Assembly: GCA_001179505.1 (NCBI GenBank)
Contig: CDMY01000201.1
Span: 1 to 64,000, forward strand
Reading direction: 5' to 3'
DNA: 64,000 bases
Source: Vitrella brassicaformis CCMP3155
Lineage: Eukaryota > Protista > Chromerida
Position numbers and translations under genes: made by a program. The notes under the pieces were generated by a model. That model saw nothing but the letters and a program-made list of their open reading frames with translations, ran no database searches and had not been told where the DNA came from. This document shows positions 47,653 to 59,431 of the stretch, piece after piece (position 1 is the first letter of the stretch; each line of letters starts with the position of its first letter).

Positions 47653-48751
47653 GAACGATGAATGTCATCAGAGAGGGGAGGGGGAGGGAGGGGGAAAGGG
47701 GCACTTCGCTATCTATCCTAGAGCGTGTGTTCCCACCCGAGATGTGTGGGTGGGTCGGCGGGTGTGTTTTTTCGTGCTGATGCGGCCCGCTGTCTGTCTG
47801 TCTCTCCAAACGGAGGCATTGCATGCGGTGGTGCGCTGTGATGGTGTGCGTGATGAGACTGACTGGTGAACGACGTGATTCGCATTAATCGCGGGTGTAA
47901 AGACCCTCTGTGGTTAACAAACGCATACGTTGCTTGCTAACCAAACCACCATGCCATCAATCCTGCCGACGCGCTGACAAACATGCATTCGCGTCACTTT
48001 CAGTCCCCCGCTCAATCAACACGGGTGTTCACAAGCTTAAGTGGTCGTGAGAGCTTCTCCTGTCCCGACGGGGACGGTTTCTCTGACACACAGGCTGTGT
48101 GGGGCAGAGAAGCCATCACCCTCAGCACCGGAAGAGCCCCGCACGTCGCACAGGATGAACCCACAAGTAATGCCCGCCAGGTGCGGCAGAGACTCTCACG
48201 TACCACAGGCAGAGATGGGTACATGTATGTGTGTAAAAGCTCGCTTCGGTGCCCTCTCCGTCACCCACCCACAGTGCACTGCCGTGTTCGTCTTATCCAC
48301 ACACATCCCATCGGCGCTGTCCGAGGGGGGTGTGCGTCGTTTGTTAGAGACAGCAAAGGATGATGCCGGTAGGGAAATAAGTATGGATCTGCCTGTCTGT
48401 CTGCGAAAATCTTGCCTCGTCTCAAGGAAGATTGTTGACCCTCTGCTTGGTGTGGTGTTCGTGAGGACACGATTCACCCGCGTCCTCATGAAGGAAGGCT
48501 CGGCAGAAAGTCGTCAATCTTCATTGGAGACGCAGCTTTCCTTGTCTGCACGCACCCCTCCCTCCCTCCCTCATCTGATGTAAGTGAACCAAAAAGGTGA
48601 TCAGTCGGTCCGTTATGTATCCTAGATAGATAGATAGACAGATACATTCATGTGTGTACCCACATCCCTACCATGCAGCTCCACACACACAGTGCCGTGC
48701 AAGGAAAGGGGCGAGCGGGTGGTCAGCTTCGGCCGTCGGCCGGCCGGTCAA

Positions 48752-50325
48752 TCAGAGGTCATCCATGTCTTTGTCGAAGTCCATGCCCATGCCACCCATG
48801 CCACCCAAGCCGCCCATTCCGCCCATGCCGCCAAGGCTCGAAGGGTCCAGCCCCGCCGTCTTCTTCTCCTGGGTCTCCGTCTGTGCACAGACACAGACAC
48901 ACAGAGCACAAACAGAACACGACTGTGTTGGCCTGGCTGTGCTGGGAGTGGTGGGTGGGTGGGTGGGTGATTGACTTACTGACCCAGCACTTGGCGATCA
49001 TGCGCTTCATGTCGTCATCACCCTGAACAACATGGATGGATGGATGTCAGCACACGTCCATGCAGGCGTGTCTGTGGGTGTGGTGTGTCCACGCACCTCC
49101 TGGTAGAGGTCTTTCATGAGGTTCATGATGCTGGCGTTGGGGTCGGCACCCATGTCCTTGTTCTTGGACATGCTCGACAACTGCACCACAACACACAACA
49201 CCACACCACACACACAGAAAGGGACACAGGACGCCATGTCATGGGAGGTGAGGTGCCCTGCTGTTCTGTGTATGTGTGTATGCGTGTGTGGGTACCTACC
49301 TTGTTCTCCTTCCAGTGGATCTGCTCCCACCAGCCGCTCTCCCTCTGAGCCACACACACATCACACGACACGCAGATCATCGGTTGTGCAGACAGACGGC
49401 ACGTGCACATGTGTGCATGTGTGTGTCCGTGTAGTCACCTTCTTGAGTGTGATGTGCACGGCGTTCTTCTTGACCTTGTAGGTGCATTTGCTGACGTTGA
49501 TGGGCTTGCTCAGACGACGGACGGTCAGCCGGTGGTTCTTGCCCTTCAGGCCCACGACCTGACACACGACGCACGACGCACGACGCCAAATGGGTGTGGT
49601 GCTTGTCGGGGGGTTCGGTGTGCGCATGAACGCTTTCCGCGTCACCTCTACCTGTAGGTCGATGGACTCCTCGTGGAATGCCATCCGGACGTTCTCGGAG
49701 GGGATCTCGTGAACGCCTGGGAGATCTATGTACAACCTGCACACACACACACACCGGAAACCAGCGTGTTTCGCCTGTCGGGTGCATGTGCGCCTCTCTG
49801 TGTGTCTGTGTCTGTGTGTGTGTCTGTGTGTCTCACTTGACGTCACTGCCGTCCTGGTCCCAGCCATACGTCTGGATGCTGCTGAAACGAACCTGACCCT
49901 CCACCTGACACACAGACAGCATGCCGAACCACACACAGAGACGTGATGAACACAAGATCACTCTCGCAGCATTTGTGTGTAGTTGTGCACCTACCTTTGG
50001 TGTGTCAGCTGTCGCGTGTGATGTCTTGCTGTCCGTCGGCACCGGCTGCGGCATCCGCGACTCGGCCAACCGCTGCATACACACCAAACACGTCATCCAG
50101 CGTCCTTGGCAGATAGATCATCATGCCTGCCCACCAGCATGCGCACCGTACCTTGATCTGTTCTCCCAGCGACGCTATTCGCTTGTCGAGGAGGTCCTGC
50201 ACCGCAGGCCGTGTGGCTGCCTTGCGCAGCTCCCGCAGCTCATCCAGGTCCAGGCGAAGGGTATCCTCGGCGGTCTCGTGCTGCTTATCACTGTGAACAC
50301 CATTCGTCGCAACCGATGACTCCAT
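48752..50325 (-). CDS. CACYBP: Calcyclin-binding protein/SIP (helical N-terminus, CS domain, SGS domain) with a GGM-repeat tail; multi-exon
   Basis: DLDELRELRKAATRPAVQDLL, YGWDQDGSDVK|LYIDLPGV, KVKKNAVHITLKK, DPNASIMNLMKDLYQE|GDDDMKRMIAKCW. Confidence 0.9.
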
Positions 50326-50360
50326 GGCTGAGGAGGTAGCGGGAGATCTGCCTGGGTTGT

Positions 50361-50398
50361 GGGTTGTGGAAACCCTACAGGGTTGTGGAAACCCTACA
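50361..50398. repeat. 19-bp tandem duplication GGGTTGTGGAAACCCTACA x2 containing AAACCCTA, just upstream of the CACYBP start codon
   Basis: Direct read of 50361-50379 and 50380-50398. Confidence 0.85.
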
Positions 50399-50949
50399 CT
50401 AAACAAGTGGCCGGGTTGATGAACGATCGTGACGCCTCGCTCCATCCGTCCTCAAGAGTATATGAGTATGAGAGCGTCAAGAGTATGAGTGCAGAGAAGG
50501 TGGGCACACGTTGCAACAGAAGCACCTCGGTCTTGGCCGCATACACACATGCCGGCCGTCGGCGTGTCTGTCTGTCTGTCTGTCCAGATGTTCGCTCCGC
50601 CATCTCATCTCCCACACGGCATCCTTTCCCATTAGGGCCGTGCCGTGCTAGTGGTATCGCAAGAAAGTGGACACACAGACCGACAGCATCTCTGAGTCTC
50701 CCATGCAGTCTCTCCCTCCCACACAAACACAAAAACCCACCCTTGCAGCCTGCCGACCGACCGACAGACACAAGGTCAGCTCATGACGACAGACACAGAC
50801 GGGTCAGGTGAGGCAGAGAGGATGGATATGGATGCCCTCACTGACTGACGTGGATAAAGCAGCCTGCCCTGCCCTGTATGCACTGCACTCCATGCCATGC
50901 ATCCATCGATCGCATCAACCCAACCACCAACGTCATTCATTCGTCTCAG

Positions 50950-52205
50950 TCAGGAGGCTTTGCAGACCCGTTTGTGGAACTTCCAGTCCTTCACCTGTTT
51001 GTTACACACACATGAGATGAGGACGACACACACACACACACACACGCGCGTGGATCAGATCACGTTCATCTATCTCATTTCCCACCCACCAGCCACCAGC
51101 CACCCACCTGGCAGTCTTTAGAGCAGTAGACGACCCGCTTGCACCTGGCACACTGCTGCAGCCTCACCCTGTTGACCGAATCACCACCATCGCCCCTGTC
51201 AGCGCCTCTCTCCCCCTCTCCCGCCACCTCCCCGTCCCCGGCAGCCCTTTTACCGCAGTTGTGGCACTTCTTCTCGGCCGGTGCTTGTGTAGTGTCAGGT
51301 TGCGGGGCGGCGGCGGCGTGCAGCTGCTGCAGTGCGTTGCTGATGTTCCACCGCCCCCTGGACTCTGGAGGGTTCTCGAGCATGCGCTCGTAGTCGCGCT
51401 TGTCGAAGCTCTCGCGGCGGAAGTCCATCTCGTCGTCGAAGGTGCTGCTGATGAAACAGTCGCCCCTGGACACATCACAAATGCAGCACACATGACGTGA
51501 CGTGAGCAGAGAGAGAATGGTGCCTGCCTGCCTGCCTGCCTGTCTCTGTGTGAGTTGGGGGGGAGGGGGGAACGCACCCACCCACCTGATGTCCTCCGAC
51601 GTGATGCGCGACGCCCGTGCGTTGACGGGGAGGTCCTTGATGCGGCCGATGTCGTCGATGTACGCGTTGATGCCGATGTACCCATTGGCCTTCATCGGCA
51701 GGGTCAGAGGGATGATCTGGTAGTTGCTGGTTGCCTCCACCAGCCGATCCATCATCTCAGAGTCAGCCAAACCTCGCGACGATGAGCCGGTGGCCTTGTC
51801 CTTCTCAGGAGCAGCTGCTGAAGCCGCGGTCGTCTCGTCGTCGGTCACGTCGGTGATCTTGCTCTCGCCTTCCCCTCCCCCTCCCTCTCCCTCCCCCTGG
51901 CTGGGCTTGTGACGCCTCATCTGCTCGTCGATTTGGTCCTGGATGCTCTGCTTGAGTTTGGGTCTGTCGCTGTCTTTGAGTGCGTTGCGCTGGAAGTGCT
52001 CCCGCATGCAGTTCTTGAAGTCGCCCTCCCTGCCCGAGAAGGCACGCACTTCCGCCTGGCTGTCGATGTCCGCCGGCACAAAGACGTAGGTGAACCGGGA
52101 GTGGAAGATGCTGTCCATGTCGTCCGCGGAGATCATCGTGAGATGAGCTGCGAGATCTTCCACAAGCTTGCCGGGGTTCAGGGTTTCACCAAACCCTCCA
52201 TCCAT
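50950..52205 (-). CDS. MYND zinc-finger protein with an N-terminal DUF3846-like domain; 3 exons
   Basis: CHNCGK...LQQCARCKRVVYCSKDCQ|VKDWKFHKRVC is the MYND pattern; AYIDDIGRIKDLPVNARAS...|GDCFI upstream. Confidence 0.85.
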
Positions 52206-52990
52206 CGCGTGACAGTGGTTGAAAGGCAGACTCTTGGGTTGTGCACAAGAAGGAATGACTTGATCTGGTGCTTCCCGTGTCAGTGATAGCCACTGATACG
52301 ATAAACGGTTCTTGATCTCACGCAAAATGGCACCACGATCCAAAACAAAGACAGCGCCCCCAGCTGCTGCGCAGCAAAACGATCAAAGTGCCCCTCTGCC
52401 TCTCTCTCTCGGCGGCTCACGTAGTGTACATGCACCGAGAAGACGCGCATCGACACAGAAACCTACACACTCAGACGCACACACACACGCGCGCACCCAA
52501 CGCAGACAGGGGGAGAGAGAGAGCGGATGACCCATCCATCCATCCATCCGTCCGTCCGTCCGTCCATCCATCCGTGTGTGTGTCGACATGGCAGGTACGG
52601 CGGTGACTGCAGAGAAAACACGGTGACTGCCATGACGGCCATGTGCACATATCGCCCTGCCCTTCTCATCAAAAACGAACGAGTCTCTGAGTGTGTCAGT
52701 GTTAGTGTGTGTGTGTGTGTGTGTGTGTCTGACCGGCAAGCCAGAGACCACATCGACGGATGCAAAGGAGCACGACGCGTCACTCGTCATTGGAAAAAAC
52801 GTGCATTGAAAAAGTGCACCTGTGTCAGTCCGGCTAGAACCTTGTCGGGATGGTGGCGAAGCGGCCCGCTTGGATGGCTCCGTCAGGCGTGAGCCACTCC
52901 ATGGGCTTCCTGCACACACATTTGGCCAACAGAGACAGGCCGACCGGCCGATGTGTATTCCGCCTGCCGGAAAATACAGCCGTGCACTGC

Positions 52991-54255
52991 TCACTTGGTG
53001 AAGTAGCTGTCGACCACCTGAATGATCCGCTCACCAGCCGCTTCCAGCGGCATGTTGTAAATGGCCCCGTAGTCGCCGCCGAATATCTCGTAGATGTGGG
53101 CGCTCATCGGCGAGACCTGCCGCAGCCGCTCCATGACCTGCGCTTTCTCCTCGTCAGAAGGAACGGTGTTACCGTCCTGCATGACCGCACACACGCACAC
53201 ACACACATTCAGACACACGTCCGTCGATGCCTGTCTGCATCTGTCAGTGTTCGCCGACGTACCTGGGGCGGGCGGTTGTTGATGGGAAACTGGATCGTCG
53301 TGCGCTCGACATCAGTCAGGCCTCTGGTGTGGCTGCTGACCGTGTCAGCAGCTGCAGCAATGCACAACAAGACATGGATGCAGACTCATATGCAGTGAAT
53401 CACTGTCTGCCGCGGCCCTCACCGTAGTTGTCGAGGCGGTGCAGCCTCTTCTTGTGCATGAAGTAGTAGTGGTATCCTCCGTCCGGCCGCAAGGGGCTGC
53501 AGTACGGGAACTCAAACATAGGATTCAGCTCTGCGATGCCTATGTCCTCCTTCTGCTGGGTCATCTCGCCGTCTTCGGTCTGGATGAAGCCGCGCGACAG
53601 CCAGCGGAGATAGCGCTTCGCAGCGCTGGCCCCCACAGGCGAGAAGAAGGGCCCGCCCACGACGGCTCCTTGAAGCTTGGCCATGAAGAAGCGGTTGTCG
53701 TAGCCACCGCTCATGTTGAACGAACTCGAATGGGCCGCGTGGTCGTGCACGAACTCGGGCTTGAGTTTCCCTGCATGACACACACACACACACATTCAAT
53801 CAGGGTACACACGCGCCTATGTTGCCATCAAGGGCGCACACATAGGCACGCTGCCCACACCAATCGCCTGCCTGTCTGTCTGCCTGACCTTCGAGCGCCA
53901 GATTGATGCGGTACTGGTGGTTGAACTCCTTCTGGCCCTTGATCACCACTCGCCAGAACCCGACGGGATGGTGGTCGATGACGATCTGACACCCTCGGGT
54001 GCTCTCCGCGGCCGCCATGAGACGCAGCACGAGCGTCGTGTACACAGCAGCGACAACCGTGAGGGTGTGGGCGGTCTCCCCCTCCGTCTGGAGGTAGTGA
54101 TGGCACAGGGCGCCCAGCTTGTCGATGGGATTCTCCCCCAGTTGCAGGACAGGTGGGCCCATCCATTGAGGGGGCTTCAACTTGGGCACGTAGCCTGCCA
54201 GAGCCCGCTCGAGCGGCAGGAGGGCGGAGGCGGAGGGCGGGACGTAAGACGACAT
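52991..54255 (-). CDS. Hypothetical protein; about 4 exons
   Basis: Coding-type segments in ORFs 53800-54300, 53400-53795 and 52991-53218 separated by microsatellite introns; no recognisable family. Confidence 0.65.
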
Positions 54256-55934
54256 GACCACCGGTTGCGTGATGTGGGACAGAAAAGGAAGGAGCTGCAA
54301 GAGGAGGAGCTGGAAGACTGCTTCCGGCTCGCTGCATGATGAGTGGTTGCTGTTCGGCTTCCCTTCCGATTGAAAGTCAATCGGAAGGAGCTTTTTGAGT
54401 TAGAGCAGAAATGCGTCCTTCTTGTCACGACAACCCAGGACCTGCTGTCCTTTCCGGACTCACATCCATGGGACGCCAACGCGCGCTGAAGGGCACTTCG
54501 TTTCTTTCTGGGAAGCGGATTTCACCTTTATCACGGTGCCGTTCCTTCCAATCTCTGTGGTTGTGCGGCTTGAGGCAATGATTGGAGGGCGTAAGTGGAG
54601 CGAAACACGTGCATATACAGTACGCGTTTACGTGGGTGGTGTGTCATGTGTGACCCTTACTCTGTGCCGATGTGGGGTGACGGCGCAGAGTGAGGATGTG
54701 TGTTGTGTGTGGGGTGATATCTGAGAGTGTCGGCGGTCGGTGCATGCACACGCTCGTTTTTGCATTGCCGGCCATCTGTTCTGTCGAATGAATGGGGTGA
54801 ACTGACTGTGGGTGGGCAATTATTCCACTGTGGGCATCCGGTACCGTGTGATGCTTTCAAGACACTCACTTGCGTAACACACAGCGCTTCACGGCTGCCC
54901 AGGAGCTACACACCCGGCAGCTGACGTCTTCGGTTACCCACAGCCCCACCCAGCGAGACTACGCTGTCGAGGGCCTTCGGTTGGCGGAAAAGGACAGCCT
55001 CGACAACAAGGAGGGGGAGGAGGAGGGGGAGGAGAACGGTGAGACGGGCAGCAAGGAAGAGGGTCGCACGACGGATAGTTGGGTTGTGCAGTTGGCCGAG
55101 TTCATGTCATAAGAGACTACATACCTGCCTGAGCTTTGGACGCGTATGTGTTTTGTGATGGTTGTGGGTGGGTGACGTGACCCACTGCCATGGCACCCAC
55201 ACATTCAATGAGCTCAGATGTGTAAGAGTCACACTCACAAATACACGGCCATCAAAGTCGCTCCACGCATTCAGCCGCCGAGCTTTCCCTCTCCACCTCT
55301 TCTTTCTATCTACAGCTACAGCTACAGCCGTTAGGAAGTAGCCTGGCCGCCATCCGCGCTGGATGGCGCCTTCCTTCACCACTCCATGAAGTATGAGTCA
55401 CCTGCGACGTGACACGCAGACCGAACAAGAGACAAAGAGACTCGGCAAGAGACGAGACACCCACTCACAGACGCATCCACACACAGACACACAGACACGA
55501 AGACTCACCCACAGACGAGCACCAACCGATGCGATGCTCAATCTCGCATTGAGCAATGCAACTAGACAAAAGACAGAGAGGCCAAGACATTCGCCACCTA
55601 AAGGCACACACGGGCTTTCACGTCCCACATCCCGCAGGTGTCGCCATTCGCACACCCACAGGCAGACCCACCCACACACACGTTTTCCACTGCCTGTTCT
55701 TTCTCTTCTGGCTGCCTGTTCTGCGCCCGTGCCAATGAGAGACGCACGTGTCGACACACAGCACTTGACGGTCACACATTCGCTGAAACACGCTGCGACA
55801 GACCACATCGCACCAATGACGCGGACACAACGAACACAGAGGGCCGAGACCAGAGAGGCCGCCTCACAGCTGAATAAAGGCAATACGCATATAGCACAGC
55901 CATCAGAGACCCCTCAATTGATCTGACCTCACAC

Positions 55935-58900
55935 TCACACCACGGTGAGCACCTCCACTTCGTCAGCCATGAAAAACTCACTGCCCCCAAACCGGGCAAT
56001 GCCATATTCACCTTCCCTCACCCCCACATAGCCATCACGCACATAACGGCTGGGGAGCCAATGACGGCAGCTGCGCATATCAGCAGGAGCGCCATCCTCA
56101 CAGCCCAAATCCAGGCTACAACCGATCCCACCGATGCACAGCTTCGCCCTATGCACTGGCAGCCTCCCCTCCCGCCCGGCCACATGCACTGGCAGCCAGC
56201 CATCACCCATTTTGGTAGGTCCCTTGATGAAGTGGCCGGCTAGCGAGAAATGCCACACATCACAGATGTAGGTGTTGTTGCCTCTTGGGTCATTGGGCAG
56301 CCGGATGCCGGCACGGATGAAGGCGCCGAAGACGTACTTGTCCTTGCCGATGACGAACACGAGGCCACTCGCATCGTTCACACACCGCAGCAGATCGCCA
56401 TACGACGGCCCGTCACGTGATGCCCTGAATGAAGAACACACACGCACACACGCACGCAGACACGCACAGATAGGCACACGGAGTCAAACGATGGACGATG
56501 CCAATGACAAGAGCAGGGTACCTGTAGATGAGTTTCAGTCTGCCCGCAATTGTCGGTCCGAGAAACCGATCGAGTGCCGCCGACTGGAGCGCATCAAAGT
56601 TTGCACCCTCAATCACCTGCAATCAAAAAACACAAGGCAGGATGATCAGCACATCTATACTTCTCTCTCGCTGACGTGTGTGTGACCTTGAGTGAGAGCA
56701 GCGACAGGCTCTCAACACGAATGACCTCCACTTCGTCTGCCATGAAGGACTTACTGCCCCCAAACAGAGCACTGCCATACTCATCGGATTCCCTCACCCC
56801 CACATAGCCATCAGGCACATCATCGATGTGGATCCACTGACCGCAGCTGCACATGGAACCAGCAGCAGCGCCACCCTTACCTAACCACAGGCACCTACTG
56901 AGCCCACCGATCCCCAGCCTCGCCCCATACACTGGCAGCCCCCCCCGCCGCCCGGCCACTCTCACTGTCTGCCTGTCTCCCCACGCCGTGGTTGGTTCGG
57001 CGAAGTGGCCGGCTAGAGAAAAATGCCACCCATTACAGATGTAGGTGTTGTTGCCTCCTGGGTGGTCGGGCAGCCGGATGCCGGCACTCATAGAGACGCC
57101 AAAAACGTACCTGTCCTTGCGGATGAGGAACACCAGGCCCTTCGTGTCGCCCACACAGCGCAGCAAGTCGCCGTACTCTGCGCCGTCACGCGAAGCCCTG
57201 AGAACATCAGGGACAACAGAGAACGACACATGATTGATTGCAGTGTCTGTGATGTGGTTTGTGTGTCGCACCTGTACAGCAGGGTGAATTCACATTCGTC
57301 CCACATGCCGAGCGCCAAGACGGAGTGGAGGGCCGCACATTCAGTGGAACTCAGACTGCTGCCAACGACCACCTGCATACATAAAGAGGGAGGTGAGGGC
57401 AATTGTGACACTGCAATCACCCCATGGGGACTCTCACCTGTGGGTCGGGCGGTTGGTCGTCCCCGTCTGTCGTGCTGCGACTTGAGAGAGCCGTGATGCC
57501 ATCCGGCACACCGTCAGACACACTGACGACATCACCATCGTCCTGATAAGAGTACAAGAGACATGTACGACAAGTGAGTTGCTGTCGGGTTTGTCTGCGT
57601 CAGTCTGACCTCTCGTATGTCACTGAGGCGATCGTCGGCAGTGACAGTTAACACAGACTTGACCGATGAACGGGACAGCACCTGCACACACAAACTCACA
57701 ATGCCTCCCCGTCTGTGTGGGTGTCCATTTCATTGCGTTTCACTCACCACAGACGGCGGGCCCTCTCGGTGGCTGCGTGTGGGGGTCTTTTGGATCTTGT
57801 TTAGCTGCCTTTCGTCGGTCTGTCGGCTCTCTGACGGTGGCATCTGAACGACAACAGAGACAATCAAATATGCTGCTTTGTTGAAAAGATGAGTGAGCCC
57901 TCTTGTCCTGCTTACCTTCATGGTGTTTGATGGCTCTGACGTCTGCGACTGTGTGTCGAGCGGCCGATCGCCACCAGCAGCATCGTCGTCTGGTGGACAG
58001 GTGGTGGCCTGCAGCCAGCCAAGTTAAGACAGACAAAAGGCCTCAGTTGTCGCCGTCGTGTCTGCCCTGTTACCTGTCGGCTGAGGCCGGTGATTGGTTC
58101 GGTAAACCCATCCGCCATTCGCACCGCAGCTGACTCGTCCACCACTTGGCCCTGCAAGGCAGCACAGGAGAAACATACACGGCTGGGTGGATCGTCTGAC
58201 GTCCTACCTGCTGATCGCTGGGTCTGTCGCTTGGCAGCGCTGTCGCAGACTCGGTACGCCGGGCATGTGGCTGTATGGTGGGCACCTGCTGGTTGGGTGT
58301 GGTGGGCTGCTTGGGAGGCACAGATCGAGTCCGCTTGAAGCACGGATGCTCAGTTTTCCCAAAGCTGTTGTAGAAAACTTCGCAGATGAGACAGTAGCTG
58401 CGCCTCTTCACTAAGTCCCATTTGTCTTGGTAGTCGTAGGTGAAGCTGAAGCTTGCCCAGTCCTTCAATTTGATGCGCGCTGACGGAAGCAGGCGGCCAG
58501 AGTGCGCTGATGCCGGCTGCTGTGACGTCTGCGGGTCCTTGGGCGGGTAGCCACGGTACTCGATGAAGAAGCTCCCGCCTGCTGGTGCTGCTGGTGCTAC
58601 TGCACTGGCACTATGCTCCTTCTGAAGAGCCTTCGGTGGCTCGTGTTGCTGCAGCTCGGAAGCGGCCGGTGCAGAGGCAAAGGCAGCAGAAGCGCCAGCG
58701 CCCTCAGCCACCTGGCCGGCCTCGTGTGCATCTGGAGTGGAGGAGGGGAGGGGGTGGGAACGGAGGTTGAAGGACGGAGCTGCTTGGTGTTTGTTTATTA
58801 ACTCTGCGAGAAGAGTGAGAGAGGTACAGCATGTCACGAAGAAAATGCTGTACCTCTTACCGAAGTTTTCAGTCGTCATGTGGCTTCGCTCTGGGAATCC

Positions 58901-59251
58901 AAGAGATGCGCTCTCCACTTCCAGGTTGAGCGGAGGGGGCAGCTGCTTGTTCAGCTCATCGACGAACTCCTGCCGAAGTGCAACATCGATGGCACAGGCG
59001 AGTTGGCGCCCTTTCAGGTCCCTCAGCCGTCTGCAGTGCCCCAGCCTGAAGGACTCTGGTCGCTTGTCGGAGGCTACCCTTCCCCTCGGCCAGTTGAACG
59101 GACCAAGGGGAAGCCTCTGGCTGCTTAAGGGGCGGTCTTTGTCGTATGTGCGCCAGTTGCCATGAAGAAGTTGCAGAAACTCCTGCTTGACGCGCTGCTG
59201 TGCCCACTGCGGTGGGGGGGACTGGGGGGCGGTACTCGGGCTCGCACTCAT
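55935..59251 (-). CDS. 894-aa protein: uncharacterised N-terminal domain, linker and two tandem TLDc domains; 10 exons (59251-58208, 58151-58074, 58008-57916, 57843-57748, 57681-57610, 57542-57438, 57372-57272, 57197-56687, 56616-56522, 56424-55935)
   Basis: All nine GT-AG introns are phase-compatible (2685 nt). Two copies of LxYR|ASRDG..YGDLLRCV....GLVF.I.KD.YVFG...WHFSLAGHF...FGGS..FMADEVEV. Confidence 0.8.
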
Positions 59252-59431
59252 CCTCCGCAGAGAGACCTGGAGGTAGAGATCTGTCGTCGGAAGGAGGAAT
59301 CAGCGCTCCCGATCGGCGCGAGCTCACGGGCGATCGGCACGGCAGAGGCGATTCCGACGCTTAGCATCATCCACATAGACTGTAGCTATCGAGATCTGTG
59401 CCAGATCTGTGCATTGAACCGCCTGCCGACG

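Noticed and set aside
54400-55400. Short ORFs 54422-54724, 54870-55112 and 55107-55382 as a gene or transposon remnant
   Set aside because: No recognisable motifs, terminal repeats or compatible exon chain; it could be a degraded fragment but that is not supportable.
59270-59410. Cluster of AGATCT hexamers in a bidirectional spacer as a promoter motif
   Set aside because: The hexamer also occurs in exons and introns, and the count I found in the window is near the rough expectation for a 6-mer.
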